From Mobula hypostoma (taxonomy: Eukaryota), in contig NC_086097.1 in the NCBI RefSeq assembly GCF_963921235.1, positions 175,710,001 through 175,774,000 of the forward strand: DNA of 64,000 nucleotides, read 5' to 3'. Both the position numbers and the translations under genes were made by a program. Of this stretch, positions 24,597 to 36,933 are shown piece by piece (positions within the stretch are counted from its first letter, which is position 1; each line of letters opens with the position of its first letter). The notes beneath the pieces are model-generated. The model saw only the letters and a program-made list of their open reading frames with translations, did not search any database and was not told the origin of the DNA.

Positions 24597-27236
24597 CAGG
24601 TTTCCCCCGCCATCGGAAGGTAGAGCGTTCCTATGAAACGGTTCGTAAGCCGGAATGTTGTAAAGCGAAGAAGCAATTACCATTAATTTATATGGGAAAA
24701 ATTTGTGAGCGTTCGCAGACCCAAAAATAACCTACCAAATCATGCCAAATAACACATAAAACCTAAAATAACAGTAACATATAGTAAAAGCAGGAATAAT
24801 ATGATAAATACACAGCCTATATAAAGTAAAAATACTTCTCTACAATCATTGCCTGCACTGTTCTCCGTAGCGAAAATCTCACGCAAGCGCTCTCAGCAGA
24901 AACACGGCGCAAGCACTCTCGGCAGAAACACTCTCTCCAGTAACCTTTAAGCTATGAAGCTGCCAAATCATGCCAAATAACATGTAAAAATACACAGCCG
25001 ATATGTACAGTGTAGTATCACTTACGGGAATCGGGAAGACAGTGCTGAGCACACTGGTGTGCTAGACTGAGTCAGCAAAGGTTGGGGTGGTGCAGTGACC
25101 CCCACCCTCCGGGCAGCGAACCGATACCGATCCTCAAAGCATGCAGGGGTACAGCGGTAGCTGGGATGCACCCAGCACATCTTTAAGAAAAAAGCCAAAA
25201 TAAACAAGCTAATTGATTAGGTGCTGCCTGGCACTTAAATGTCGGAGCAGATCAAAGGCGATGCAATCAGCAATCGCCTCTGATCTGGGCCGACATTTAC
25301 GTGCCGGGTGGCACCTAATCAATTAGCTTGTTTATTTCGGCTTTTTTTCTTAAAGGTGTGCTGGGTGCATCCCGGCTACCGCTGCATTCTTTGCGGATTG
25401 GTATCTGCGGCCCGGGGGTTGGGCTGGTGGGACACTGGGGTGTCATCTTATCGTTGATTAGGGCAGGCAGGTCATCTTCAACTTTTGTGTGTTTCTTCTA
25501 TGCCTACCTCGATGTTAAAGGTCGAGGTTCGTCGTCTGCTGTGGTTGATGTGGAAGGTTTGCTTGACAGCTTAGCCTCGTGCATTTTTAGATCATACAGT
25601 TCTTTGTAAGGACTCAAACCATCTTGCAAATATACCCTAAACCGATGTACCCTTTCAAATTTAAAGTCGTACTTTTCTGCAATAATTGCAGCGCAAATCT
25701 CACGCAGTTGCTTCATGTTCAGTTCCTGGACGGCTTCACTTTTGGTCCGTTTGCTACTGCATTCGATTTCGATTGTTATCCTTTCCTCTTCCAATTGCAT
25801 CAGCTGTTCATCTATCAGTTCTTGGTCATGGGATGCCAAAATCTCTTCAACATCATCTTCGTCAGCTTCCACAAGCCAAACTCACTTTGTCCTTACTTCA
25901 CGCAAACAACAGGAATTCTGCAGATGCTGGAAATTCAAGCAACACACATCAAAGTTGCTGGTGAACGCAGCAGGCCAGGCAGCATCTATAGGAAGAGGCG
26001 CAGTCGACGTTTCAGGCCGAGACCCTTCGTCAGGACTAACTGAAGGAAGAGTGAGTAAGGGATTTGAAAGCTGGAGGGGGAGGGGGAGATGCAAAATGAT
26101 AGGAGAAGACAGGAGGGGGAGGGATGGAGCCAAGAGCTGGACAGGTGATAGGCAGAAGGGGATACGAGAGGATCATGGGACAGGAGGTCCGGGAAGAAAG
26201 ACCGGGGGGGGGGGGTGACCCAGAGGATGGGCAAGGGGTATATTCAGAGGGACAGAGGGAGAAAAAGGAGAGTGAGAGAAAGAATGTGTGCATAAAAAAG
26301 AGTAACAGATGGGGTACGAGGGGGAGGTGGGGCCTAGCGGAAGTTAGAGAAGTCAATGTTCATGCCATCAGGTTGGAGGCTACCCATACGGAATATAAGG
26401 TGTTGTTCCTCCAACCTGAGTGTGGCTTCATCTTTACAGTAGAGGAGGCCGTGGATAGACATGTCAGAATGGGAATGGGATGTGGAATTAAAATGTGTGG
26501 CCACTGGGAGATCCTGCTTTCTCTGGCGGACAGAGCGTAGATGTTCAGCAAAGCGGTCTCCCAGTCTGCGTCGGGTCTCACCAATATATAAAAGGCCACA
26601 TCGGGAGCACCGGACGCAGTATATCACCCCAGTCGACTCACAGGTGAAGTGATGCCTAACCTGGAAGGACTGTTTGGGGCCCTGAATGGTGGTAAGGGAG
26701 GAAGTGTAAGGGCATGTGTAGCACTTGTTCCGCTTACACGGATAAGTGCCAGGAGGGAGATCAGTGGGGAGGGATGGGGGGGACGAATGGACAAGGGAGT
26801 TGTGTAGGGAGCGATCCCTGCGGAATGCAGAGAGAGTGGGGGAGGGAAAGATATGCTTAGTGGTGGGATCCCGTTGGAGGTGGCGGAAGTAAGGTGTCCT
26901 TACTTCGTTCACCATGATCGAAACACTTAATTATGTCTAGTTTTACGCTAAGCGTAACACCCTTACAAGCTCTTTTAGGTTTTTCCAATACTGTACCTTA
27001 GAACTCATCTGGCTAATGGATGCTCACAGGTACATGTTTAAGCAATGCTGGCTAGAATGTAGTTCTGAATCCGGGGGAGGAGCGGCTGTTCGGGGTGCAA
27101 GCTGCGTTTTTTTTGCGCGCTGCCTTTTTTCGTAACAGTGAAAACACCTTATGTTAGCGACAACAGGTAACTAATGTAGGTCTTTCGTAACAGCGAGGTT
27201 TCGTAAAGCAAACGTTCGAAAAGTGGGGGACACCTG
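24597..27236 (-). mobile_element. Tigger non-autonomous element, copy 2 (inverted relative to copy 1), with PLE insertion
   Basis: Reverse-complement match to 22291-23876; TA flanks at 24595-24596 and 27237-27238. Confidence 0.9.
25900..26894 (-). mobile_element. 5'-truncated PLE (linker + GIY-YIG endonuclease + pLTR + tail)
   Basis: 12-bp TSD TGTCCTTACTTC at 25888-25899 and 26895-26906; Tigger copy 1 shows the single empty site. Encodes CKRNKCYTC..VIYCVRCSRCGLLYIGETRRRLGDRFAEH..GMNIDF. Intact hammerhead at 26002-26037 (-). Confidence 0.93.
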
Positions 27237-27691
27237 TACACGGAAGACAGGTCATATTTATTGGCTGTTTTTGAGTCAAATATAAAAGAAAATACAAACG
27301 CTTATGAAATCTACACAAAAGAAAAGATCTACAAAACACATTGTTTCTCAATTTACTTGTACACGCTGTTGTCTTCAAACGTTCAGAGCTTGAAACTCTG
27401 TCACACTTCATTATCTGACTCTCCGAAAATTGTGTCCCATTCTTCGGCAGTCACCATATCATAAGGATTGTCAATCTTTGTCTCACCTGACAAGTGCTCT
27501 TTGAACATGTCCCAGACAAGTAGCGACTTTTCCTTTCTGAAACCTTCGGGATGTCGACACCACACCTCTTTAACCCACTTCAAGCAACCTGCTTCGTCCA
27601 TCCAGCTGCGTTCTTGAATGTAAACAACACCCTGCGGGAATTTTTCTTTCTTTGGGAATGTTTTCCTCTTAAAAATCACCATTGGTGGTAG

Positions 27692-30507
27692 CAACACGCA
27701 TCAAAGTTGCTGGTGAACGCAGCAGGCCAGGCAGCATCTCTAGGAAGAGGTACAGTCGACGTTTCAGGCTGAGACCCTTCGTCAGAACTAACTGAAGGAA
27801 GAGTTAGGAGATTTGAAAGTGGGAGGGGGAGATCCAAAATGATAGGAGAAGACAGGAGGGGGAGGGATGGAGCCAAGAGCTGGACAGGTGATTGGCAAAG
27901 GGGATATGAGAGGATCATGGGACAGGAGGTCCGGGGAGAAAGACAAGGGCGGGGGGAACCCAGAGGATGGGCAAGGGGTATAGTCAGAGGGACAGAGGGA
28001 GAAAAAGGAGAGTGAGAAAAAGAATGTGTGTATAAAAATAAATAACAGATGGGGTATGAGGGGGAGGTGGGGCATTAGCGGAAGTTAGAGAAGTGGATGT
28101 TCATGCCATCAGATTGGAGGCTACCCAGACGGAATATAAGGTGTTGTTCCTCCAACCTGAGTGTGGCTTTATCGCTAACTGCCGACAGGACATCAACCGT
28201 CTCGACTTCACCGCACCTTGTTCCCATTCCAACCTCACTCCTTCGGAACGCTCTGCTCTCCACTCCCTCTGCACTAATCCTAACCTTATTATTAAACCCG
28301 CTGATAAGGGGGGTGCTGTTGTAGTCTGGCGTACTGACCTCTACCTTCCGAGCCACAGCGACAACTTGCGGATACCTCCTCTTACTTACCCCTCAACCGT
28401 GACCCCACTAAGGAGCACCAGGCCTTTGTCTCCCACACCATCACCGACTTTATCCGCTCAGGGGATCTCCCATTCACTGCTACCAACCTTATAGTTCCCA
28501 CACCTCGCACTTCCCATTTCTACCTCCTACCCAAGATCCACAAACCTGCCTGTCCTGGCAGACCTATTGTCTCAGCTTGCTCCTGCCCCACCGAACTCGT
28601 TTCTGCATACCTCGACACGGTTTTATCCCCCCTTGTTCAATCCCTTCCTACCCATGTTCGTGACACTTCTCACGCTCTTAAACTTTTCGATGATTTTAAG
28701 TTCCCTGGCCCCCACCACTTTAATTTCACCATGGATGTCCAGTCCCTATATACTTCCATCCCCCATCAGGAAGGTCTCAAAGCTCTCCGCTTTTTGGATT
28801 CCAGACCTAATCAGTTCCCCTCTACCACCACTCTGCTCCGTCTAGCGGATTAGTCCTTACTCTTAATAATTTCTCCTTTGGCTCCTCCCACTTCCTCCAA
28901 ACTAAAGGTGTAGCTATGGGCACCTGTATGGGTCCTAGCTATACCTGCCTTTTTGTTGGCTTTGTGGAACAATCTATGTTCTGTGCCTATTCTGGTATCT
29001 GTCCCCCTCTTTTCCTTCGCTACATCGACGACTGCATTGGTGCTGCTTCCTGCACGCATGCTGAGCTTGTTGACTTTATTAACTTTGCCTCCAACTTTCA
29101 CCCTGCCCTCAAGTTTACCTGGTCCATTTCTGACACCTCTCTCCCCTTTCTAGATCTTTCTGTCTCTGTCTCTGGAGACAGCTTATCCACTGATGTCTAC
29201 TATAAGCCTACTGACTCACACAGCTATCTGGACTATTCCTCTTCTCACCCTGTCTCTTGCAAAAACGCCATCCCCTTCTCGCAATTCCTCCGTCTCCGCA
29301 GCATCTGCTCTCAGGATGAGGCTTTTCATTCCAGGGCGAGGGAGATGTCCTCCTTTTTTAAAGAAAGGGGCTTCCCTTCCTCCATCATCAACTGCTCTCA
29401 AACGCATCTCCCCCATTTCACGTACATCTGCTCTCACTCCATCCTCCCGCCACCCCACTAGGAATAGGGTTCCCCTGGTCCTCACCTACCACCCCACCAG
29501 CCTCCGGGTCCAACATATTATTCTCCGTAACTTCCTCCACCTCCAACGAGATCCCACCACTACGCACATCTTTCCCTCCCCCCCCCCGCATTCCGCAGGG
29601 ATCGCTCCCTACGCGACTCCCTTGTCCATTCGTCCCCCCCATCCCTCCCCACTGATCTCCCTCCTGGCACTTATCCTTGTAAGCGGAACAAGTGCTACAC
29701 ATGCCCTTACACTTCCTCCCTTACCACCATTCAGGGCCCCAGACAGTCCTTCCAGGTGAGGCGACACTTCACCTGTGAGTCGGCTGGGGTGATATACTGC
29801 GTCCGGTGCTCCCGATGTGGCCTTCTATATATTGGCGAGACCCGATGCTGACTGGGAGACCGCTTGCTGAACACCTACGCTCTGTCCGCCAGAGAAAGCA
29901 GGATCTCCCAGTGGCCACACATTTTAATTCCACATCCCATTCCCATTCTGACATGTCTATCCACGGCCTCCTCTACTGTAAAGATGAAGCCACACTCAGG
30001 TTGGAGGAACAACACCTTATTTTCCGTCTGGGTAGCCTCCATCCTGATGGCATGAACATCGACTTCTCTAACTTCCGCTAATACCCCACCTCCCCCTCGT
30101 ACCCCATCCATTATTTATTTTTATACACACATTCTTTCTCTCACCCTCCTTTTTCTCCCTCTGTCCCTCTGACTATACCCCTTGCCCATCCTCTGGGTCC
30201 CCCCCCCCTGTCTTTCTCCCCGGACCTCCTGTCCCATGATCCTCTCATATCCCCTTTGCCAATCACCCGTCCAGCTCTTGGCTCCATCCCTCCCCCTCCT
30301 GTCTTCTCCTATCATTTTGGATCTCCCCCTCCCCCTCCCACTTTCAAATCTCTTACTAACTCTTCCTTCAGTTAGTCCTGACGAAGGGTCTCGGTCTGAA
30401 ACGTCGACTGTACCTCTTCCTAGAGATGCTGCCTGGCCTGCTGCGTTCACCAGCAACTTTGATGTGTGTTGCTTGAATTTCCAGCATCTGCAGAATTCCT
30501 GTTGTTT
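27692..30507 (+). mobile_element. Neptune-type PLE: inverted pLTR (27692-~28172) + 5'-truncated RT-GIY-YIG + pLTR/tail
   Basis: 14-bp TSD ACCATTGGTGGTAG at 27678-27691 and 30508-30521. RT motifs KPADKGGAVV, FYLLPKIHK, MDVQSLYTSI, GVAMGT, RYIDD, FLD, YYKPTD; Cys linker and GIY-YIG; several frameshifts; ORF stop at 30081. Confidence 0.93.
30374..30409 (+). ncRNA. Minimal type-I hammerhead ribozyme in PLE pLTR, intact core
   Basis: AGTC-CTGACGA-AGG(GTCTCGG)TCT-GAAAC-GTC^-GACT; antisense counterpart at 27754-27789. Confidence 0.78.
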
Positions 30508-32044
30508 ACCATTGGTGGTAGTTTGGTCCCATCAGCCATACACGTTAATACGACAGTAAAATGTTGCTTCTCGTATCCAGTAGTTTTGAAAAGGACTGTT
30601 TTCTCCTCCTGATTGACAGCGCAGTTGCCAGCAAAATCAAAGAACGTTGGTGTCTTGTCCATGTTACCAATCAGTGAGAGCGGGTAAGAATGTGCCTTTC
30701 GATGCTTGATTACAAATGATTGAAAGGCCGTAATCTTATTCTCATGGTCGCTTGGCAACTTCTGAGCAATCTTTGTTTTTTGTCTCAACACAAGATCATA
30801 TCTGTTCATAAATCGGGTGCACCAACTTCGCGTAGCTTTGAAGTTTTTGCTGACCTCATGGTGTTTTTCGGCCATTTCAACGCTTGGACTCAAATCAAAT
30901 GTATCCAGACGGTCACTGGTGATTCACCCACTCTAAAACTTTTTCTTCTAGTTCTGGCCACTGGCATGTTTTCCTGGTTTGCACATTTCGTCTTTGGTAT
31001 TTCTCTCAGTGTGTCCTCTGCCTTTCACCACTCTCTCACTTGTTTCTCGTTTACACTAAATTTCTTAGCAGCTGCAGAATTATTCGTTCCTTTAGCCAAA
31101 TCAACAACCTGCAGCTTGAAGCCAGCATCATATCGCATTCGTTTTAATCTTTGTACATGGTGGTCGCAGACTCAATACTGAGTACACGTACTGATCCCAC
31201 CACCCCGTGTTATGTTTAACGAGATTACGATGGGCGCTAAATGGATCCACGGGGGTTACATTTCAGAGAATTCTTTACCATTGGGAACCTAATCCAAAAC
31301 TTCCCTCCCTGATTTATTTATTAAGAATTGGCTTATAATGCTCTAGAATGTGTAGGCCTATTTTCTTAGCAGGTACTGGTTCGCAGAATTTCCAGGTTCT
31401 GGATCTGGCAAAGCTGAGTACCGGCATGTGAGATCTTGTGATCTTTTCTGGTTAAATCAAAAACCTCTACAAACGGGGTTGGCTTATACAAAGGTAACAT
31501 GAAAAAGTCACTTTCTTAACCTTGAAAATGGGGGGTCGGCTACTCAGGGTCGGCTTATACACTAGAATTTACAGTAGTCATATTTCTGTTCCAGTGACTC
31601 CATTAACTTTGCACTGCTTATATTGCCTATAGATTTATAAAACTTATCACTTCACACATTATGCATTATTTCATTTGTCAAACTTCTGCCCATTTCATGA
31701 GTCAAAGCAGTCAATGACAGCTAATTTTTGACATCAGGCTACCAAAATGAATATTCGTCAAGATAGTTTGAAGTAATTACTTAGGATAAGCATTTAAAAA
31801 AAACATTTTGCTGTTTCTAGGTTCAATGACAATTCAACGTTCAAAGTAAATTTATTGTCAAAGTACATGTGTCACCATTTGCTGCCTTGAGATTCATTTT
31901 CTTGCAGGTGTTCACAGAAAAACAAAATTAGTGAAAGACTTACACATCAAGACTGACAAATACACTGAACAAAATAAATTGTGCAAATAAGAATAAGTAA
32001 ATGATACTGAGAGCATAAGATGTAGAGTCCTTGAAAGTGAGTCC

Positions 32045-32277
32045 AAACACAAGGAAATCTTGGAGATGCTGGAATTTCAAGCAACACAAATAAAAGTTGC
32101 TGGTGAACGCAGCAGGCCAGGCAGCATCTCTAGGAAGAGTTACAGTCGACATTTCGGGCGGAGACCCTTCGTCAGGGGAGGAGGTTGGTCCTGACGAAGG
32201 GTCTCGGCCTAAAACGTCGACTGTACTGCTTCCTAAAGATGCTGCCTGGCCTGCTGCGTTCACCAGCAACTTTTATC
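32045..32277 (-). mobile_element. Second PLE mini fold-back insertion
   Basis: Same architecture as 2215-2447 in opposite orientation, with a different spacer (GGAGGAGGTTGGT). Interrupts a Rex-like 3' tail (..GTGAGTCC|..TAGGTTTGTGG). Confidence 0.85.
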
Positions 32278-33366
32278 TCCTTAGGTTTGTGGAATTAGTT
32301 TCAGTGATGAGGTCATGTAATTATCCACTCCAGTTCAGGAACCTGATGATTGTAGTGTAATAACTGTTCCTGAACCTGGTGGTGTGGGACCTAAGGCTCC
32401 TGTACCTCCTCCCTGATGGCAGTGAGAAGGGTGCTTGGCCTGAATGGTGGGCTTCTTAATATGGACATGAGGAAATCTCTAGATGTTGGAAATCCAAAGC
32501 AACACACACAATGCTGGAGGAGCAGCAGGCCAGGCAGAATCTATAGAAAAGAATAAACAGTTGATGTTTCAGGCCGAGACCCTTTATCAGGACTGGAAAG
32601 GAAGGGAAGAAGTCAGAACAAGGAGGTGGGGAGAAGAGGGGAGGAAGAATCACACATGGCACATGATGGTGAAACTAGGGGAGGAGGTGAAGTAAAGAGC
32701 TGAGAAGTTGACTGGTGAAAGAGATAAAGAGCTGGAGAGGACAGAAGACCATGGAAGGAAGGGAAGTGGGAAGGGCACCAGAGGGAGGTGACAGACAGTT
32801 AAAAAGAGAAGCTGTGAGGGAAATGAGAATGGTGACGGAGAGGAAGGGGGCAATTACCGGAAGTTTGAGAAATTGGTGTTCATGGCATCAGGTTCGTGGC
32901 ATCATGGCAAGCTACCCAGACGCAATCTAAGGTGTTGCTCCTCCAACCTGCGTGTGGCTTTATCGTGGCAGTAGAGGAGGCTGTGGACTGACATTGGAAT
33001 AAGAATGGGAAATGGAGTTGAAATGGGCACCGGGAAATCCTGCTTATTGTGGTGGACGGAGTGAAGGTGCTGGATGAAGTGGTCTCCCAATCTATGTCGG
33101 AGCTCACAGATATACAGAAGGCCAGGTTAGGAGCGATGTGGATGCTGTTTTCTTGTGGCAGCACTCCTTGTGCATGTACTCAGTGGAGAGGGCTTTGTGT
33201 GTGAATTGGGAATGTAATGCTGAGAACTTAAGAAAAATAAAATTCCATGCTTCATTGTACAATGGTCCTTGCAGATTGACAGTAAGAAGTCAAAATCAAG
33301 TTTGTCACATGCAGGAGTACAGGTATGCACAGGTGCATTGGATAAAGTTGCAGCGCCATTAGAGGT

Positions 33367-33413
33367 TGCCCGACGCCGGCCCCCTAGGCCTGAGTCGACG
33401 TAGTAGTAGTAGA
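33367..33413 (+). mobile_element. 47-bp retroposed 3' end with (TAG)n tail
   Basis: Perfect 11-bp TSD CCATTAGAGGT at 33356-33366 and 33414-33424 around a CpG-rich insert ending GTAGTAGTAGTAGA. Confidence 0.75.
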
Positions 33414-33454
33414 CCATTAGAGGTACGTAGCATCCGATAAAGCAGTGTACACAA

Positions 33455-36400
33455 CACCCTCAAATATTGTGTCAGTGCAGGTCCTAAATAATTTGATTAG
33501 ATCTAGGAATTTAGTAGATATTTGGTAAGTTCAACATCCCACTGACAAGGACTATTCTATTATTCTCATGCACACAAATCTTATAGTAGAATAGACTATT
33601 TTTTGGTTGACTCTCATTTAATATCTTGTGCTACCAATACAAAATATCATAATAGATTAATTTCTGACCATAGCCCCTTGACAATGTCCCTAAATCTCTC
33701 CCTTTCCAAACGAATCTATTCCTGGTGTTTTAACCCCTCCCTACTCACCAATAAGAAATTTATAGAATATATCACCACCAGATTTAAAGATTTTATAGAA
33801 ATTAATGATAACGGCAAGGTGTCAGATTCCACACTCTGGGAGACGTTAAAAGTTGTAATTCGTGGGTATATAATTTCATATGAATCCGCTGCTAAGAGGG
33901 AGAGAGAAGGATGATTATTAGAGATTGAGAATACTCTCCCAACCCTCGAAGCAACATACCAGGCTTCGAAGTCCTCTGAAGATTATAATAAAATAATGAA
34001 GCTTAAATATGAGTACAATTGTATCTTGGGTGTTCAAATAAATAAACTCTTAAAATTAAGACAAAAGCATTTTGAAATGGAGGACAAGCCTGAGGGGCTC
34101 CTGGCACGGCAGCTCAGGGGCGCCCAGGCCCTAAGGTCAATTCATTGCATTAGATCGAGGGCAGGTACCCTGTTAACTAACCCCAGGGAGATAAATGACT
34201 GTTTTAAAGAATTTTACAGCTAACTCTACACCTCTAAATGCAATGCCACTCAATCTGATTTGAATGACTGATTCTTTTGTAATGCCGAAACTTAGTGACG
34301 CTTCTAGGGAGGACTTAGATTCTGACTTCACATTGGAAGAAATAACTTCTGCCGTTAAGTCATTTCCATCCGGCAAGGCTGCTGGGCCGGATGGATTTGG
34401 CTGTGAATTTTAGAAGGAATTCTGTGATATCCTTGCCCACTTCTCCTCAGAATGATATCTTGCTGTGAGAGAGATAAAGCTTTGTCTAGGACATTGTACG
34501 AGGCTAACATTTCCCTCATTTTAAAGAAAGGTAAAGAGGAAACAGACCCGGCCAGCTATAGGCCCATTGCACCAGAATTTCGATAGAAAGGTAATTACTA
34601 AAATGCTGGCTAACCAACTAAATAAGTATTTGTCATCTATCATTCATCTGATCAGACAGGATTTGTCCCAGGTAGGTTCTCTTTTTCCAATGTCAGATAC
34701 CTCCTTAATACTATATATGCTGATCATGGGAAAGCTGATGGGGCAGCAATTTTGTCCCTTGATGCACAGAAGACTTTTGACCATATTGAGTGGCCTTACA
34801 TGTTTGAGTCACTGTACAGGTTTGGGTTCGGGGAGTCATTTGTATCTTGGGTAAAACTGATATACGCCAGCCCAATGTGTTCTATTATAACTAATGGTGA
34901 CAAGTCAACTCTGTTTCCCCCACACCATTCAGTCCAGCAGGGGTGCCCCCTCTTGCCGGCCCTTTTTGCCGTCGCGGTAGAGCCCCTTGCCTTAAAAATA
35001 AGAAGTCACCCAAATATTCTGGGTTTGAAAGTGGGACGTATTGAAACACTTATTAGTTTATATGCTGATGATGTGATACTCTACTTACAAAAGTCAGAAA
35101 AGTCAGTCCCTCTTCTAGATTTAATCACCTCTTTTGGCAGACTATCGGGATACTCAGTCAATTGGGCAAAAAGTGACTTTGTGCCCCTCTCCAATGACTA
35201 CACGCGGGGCTTTTTGGAAAGTGTCCCGTTCAAAGTAGTTAAAGATCCCTTTACTTATCTTGGCTTGACAATCCCCAAAGATCCTAAATTAATATTTAAA
35301 TTAAACTTCGCAGAGTTTATTTCAAAACTTAAACAGAATATAGAAAGTTGGAAAACCCTACTTCCGTCCATGATTGGTCGTATAAATTCAATTAAAATGG
35401 TTTCCCTTCCTAGGTTTCTCTACCTTTGTCAAAATCTCCCCTTTTTTCTTACATCAGCTTTCTTTAAAGAATTGGACTCCATAATATTGCCTTATATCTG
35501 GAATTATAAGTATCACAGGATTTCGAAAATTCATTTACAAAAGCCCAAGTCTGAAGGAGGGCTGGGATTACCTGTATTTAAACACTATTATTGGGCTGTC
35601 AATGCTAGGACTTTAATGTTTTGGCAACAGGGGGCTCTGGATAACCTAGCTCCTGGGTAACCTAACTCTGTTGTCAATTCCTCCTTGCCATCCATGCTGC
35701 TCTCTAAGTTAGAGAACCTGGGACTTCAAAAAGTTTGAGTTTTGTTTTGAAAAATTCCATCAGAATTCTAAATCAGATTAGAAGCATTCTGAATTTACCA
35801 GAGACCTCTGTACAAACACCAATCTGTTTCAATCACTCCTTTCTACCATCATGGTCAGATAAAACCTACCATACTTGGAGGGAGAAGGGTCTAGTTTCTA
35901 TTGAAGACCTGTACATAAAAGGACGGTTTGCAACATTTAGTCTGCTGAAAGAGAAATTTGAGCTGCCACATTTGCACTTTTTTCGTTACTTACAAATTAG
36001 ATACTGCATTCAATCTAAGATTTGTAATTTTGAAATCCTTCCAGGGAAACGTGTTTTTTGATATTTTAAAGAACCCTCCTGATGCCAGGCGTCTCGTTTC
36101 TAAGTTTGTACGTTTGTTTGATAATTGCACTGTAGCATCTACTGTGAAGATTAGAGATGCCTGGAGAGAGGAGTTGGGCATTGAATTATCTGAAGCTGCC
36201 TGGGATAAGTGTTTGTCTATGATACAGGCTTGATCTGTTAACAGCAGGCACCAAATGGTCCAGTTTAAGGTTGTCCGCTGTCTCCATTACTCTAAACTTA
36301 GATTGCACAGGATTTACCCTTCTGTCTCACCAATGTGTGATAGATGCCAAGGGACGGAAGCCACGTTGTCACACACCTTTTGGTTTTGCCTATTATTGAC

Positions 36401-36933
36401 TGGATTTTGGTCCAAAATATTCGACTGGTACTCAAAGGCCTATAAAAGATCCTTCCCCTTGGAAGATGGTCTCGCTGTATTTGGCTGCTTGCAATCTACT
36501 ATTTGTTTCCCTGTAGCCATACAACAGTCTCTGATGCTGGGGATGATTGTTGCCAAAAGACTTACCTTGATGGAATGGAAATCGCCTTCTCCCCCTTCCT
36601 TTCGGAGATGGATGGCTGATATGATCTCAGTCATACAGATGGAGAAACTTAGGCTCTTGAGAACCAATTCAATTTAAAAATTTTTGGCTATCTGGGATCC
36701 ATTTCTTGCCTACCTGGACGAGGCTGGGGGCGGATGAGCAATTTCCCCCCAGCTGATTTCTCACGGCCCTCATTTGAGATTTGATGTTTAGTATTTTTGA
36801 GCACTTTGTACAATAGGCATCCCTCTAATGTTATGTCTCTTTTTGCTTATTTCATTTTTATACATGTCTGAGCTGGTATGTTCTTGTTGATTTCATTGTT
36901 TTTTTTTAAATTTTGAAATTAAAGTATTAAAAA
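33455..36933 (+). mobile_element. L1-clade LINE, 5'-truncated ORF2 remnant
   Basis: SRIDY..ISDHSP (APE end), WETLKVVIRGYIISY, SLDAQKTFDHIEW, QGCPLLPALF, LYADD, FTYLG, EGGLGLP, C-terminal CDRC..LSHTFWFC; A-rich end. Duplicated AGCAGTGTAC at 33441-33450 and 36936-36945 is the probable TSD. Confidence 0.92.

Larger units (their letters stand above)
27401..31158 (-). pseudogene. Disrupted pogo transposase (Brinker-like DBD, CENP-B HTH, partial DDE)
   Basis: RYDAGFKLQVV..NNSAAAKKFSVNEKQVREW; FKATRSWCTRFMNR..TKIAQKLP; GNMDKTP; KTTGYEKQHFTVVL..DGTKLPPMV|IFK..WMDE..LLVWDMFKEH. Split at LPPMV by the PLE; has stops and a C-terminal deletion. Confidence 0.85.
24495..31574 (-). mobile_element. pogo-family DNA transposon (POGK/Passer-like), host of nested Tigger and PLE insertions
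   Basis: TA-flanked TIRs CCGTAAATTCCAGTGTGTAAGCTGA (24495) and TCGGCTTATACACTAGAATTTACAG (31574). Subterminal GGCTTATAC repeats at both ends. Confidence 0.85.

Noticed and set aside
34752..35660. 302-aa RT ORF as an active L1 or host gene
   Set aside because: Fragment of a 5'-truncated ORF2 with stops and frameshifts on both sides.
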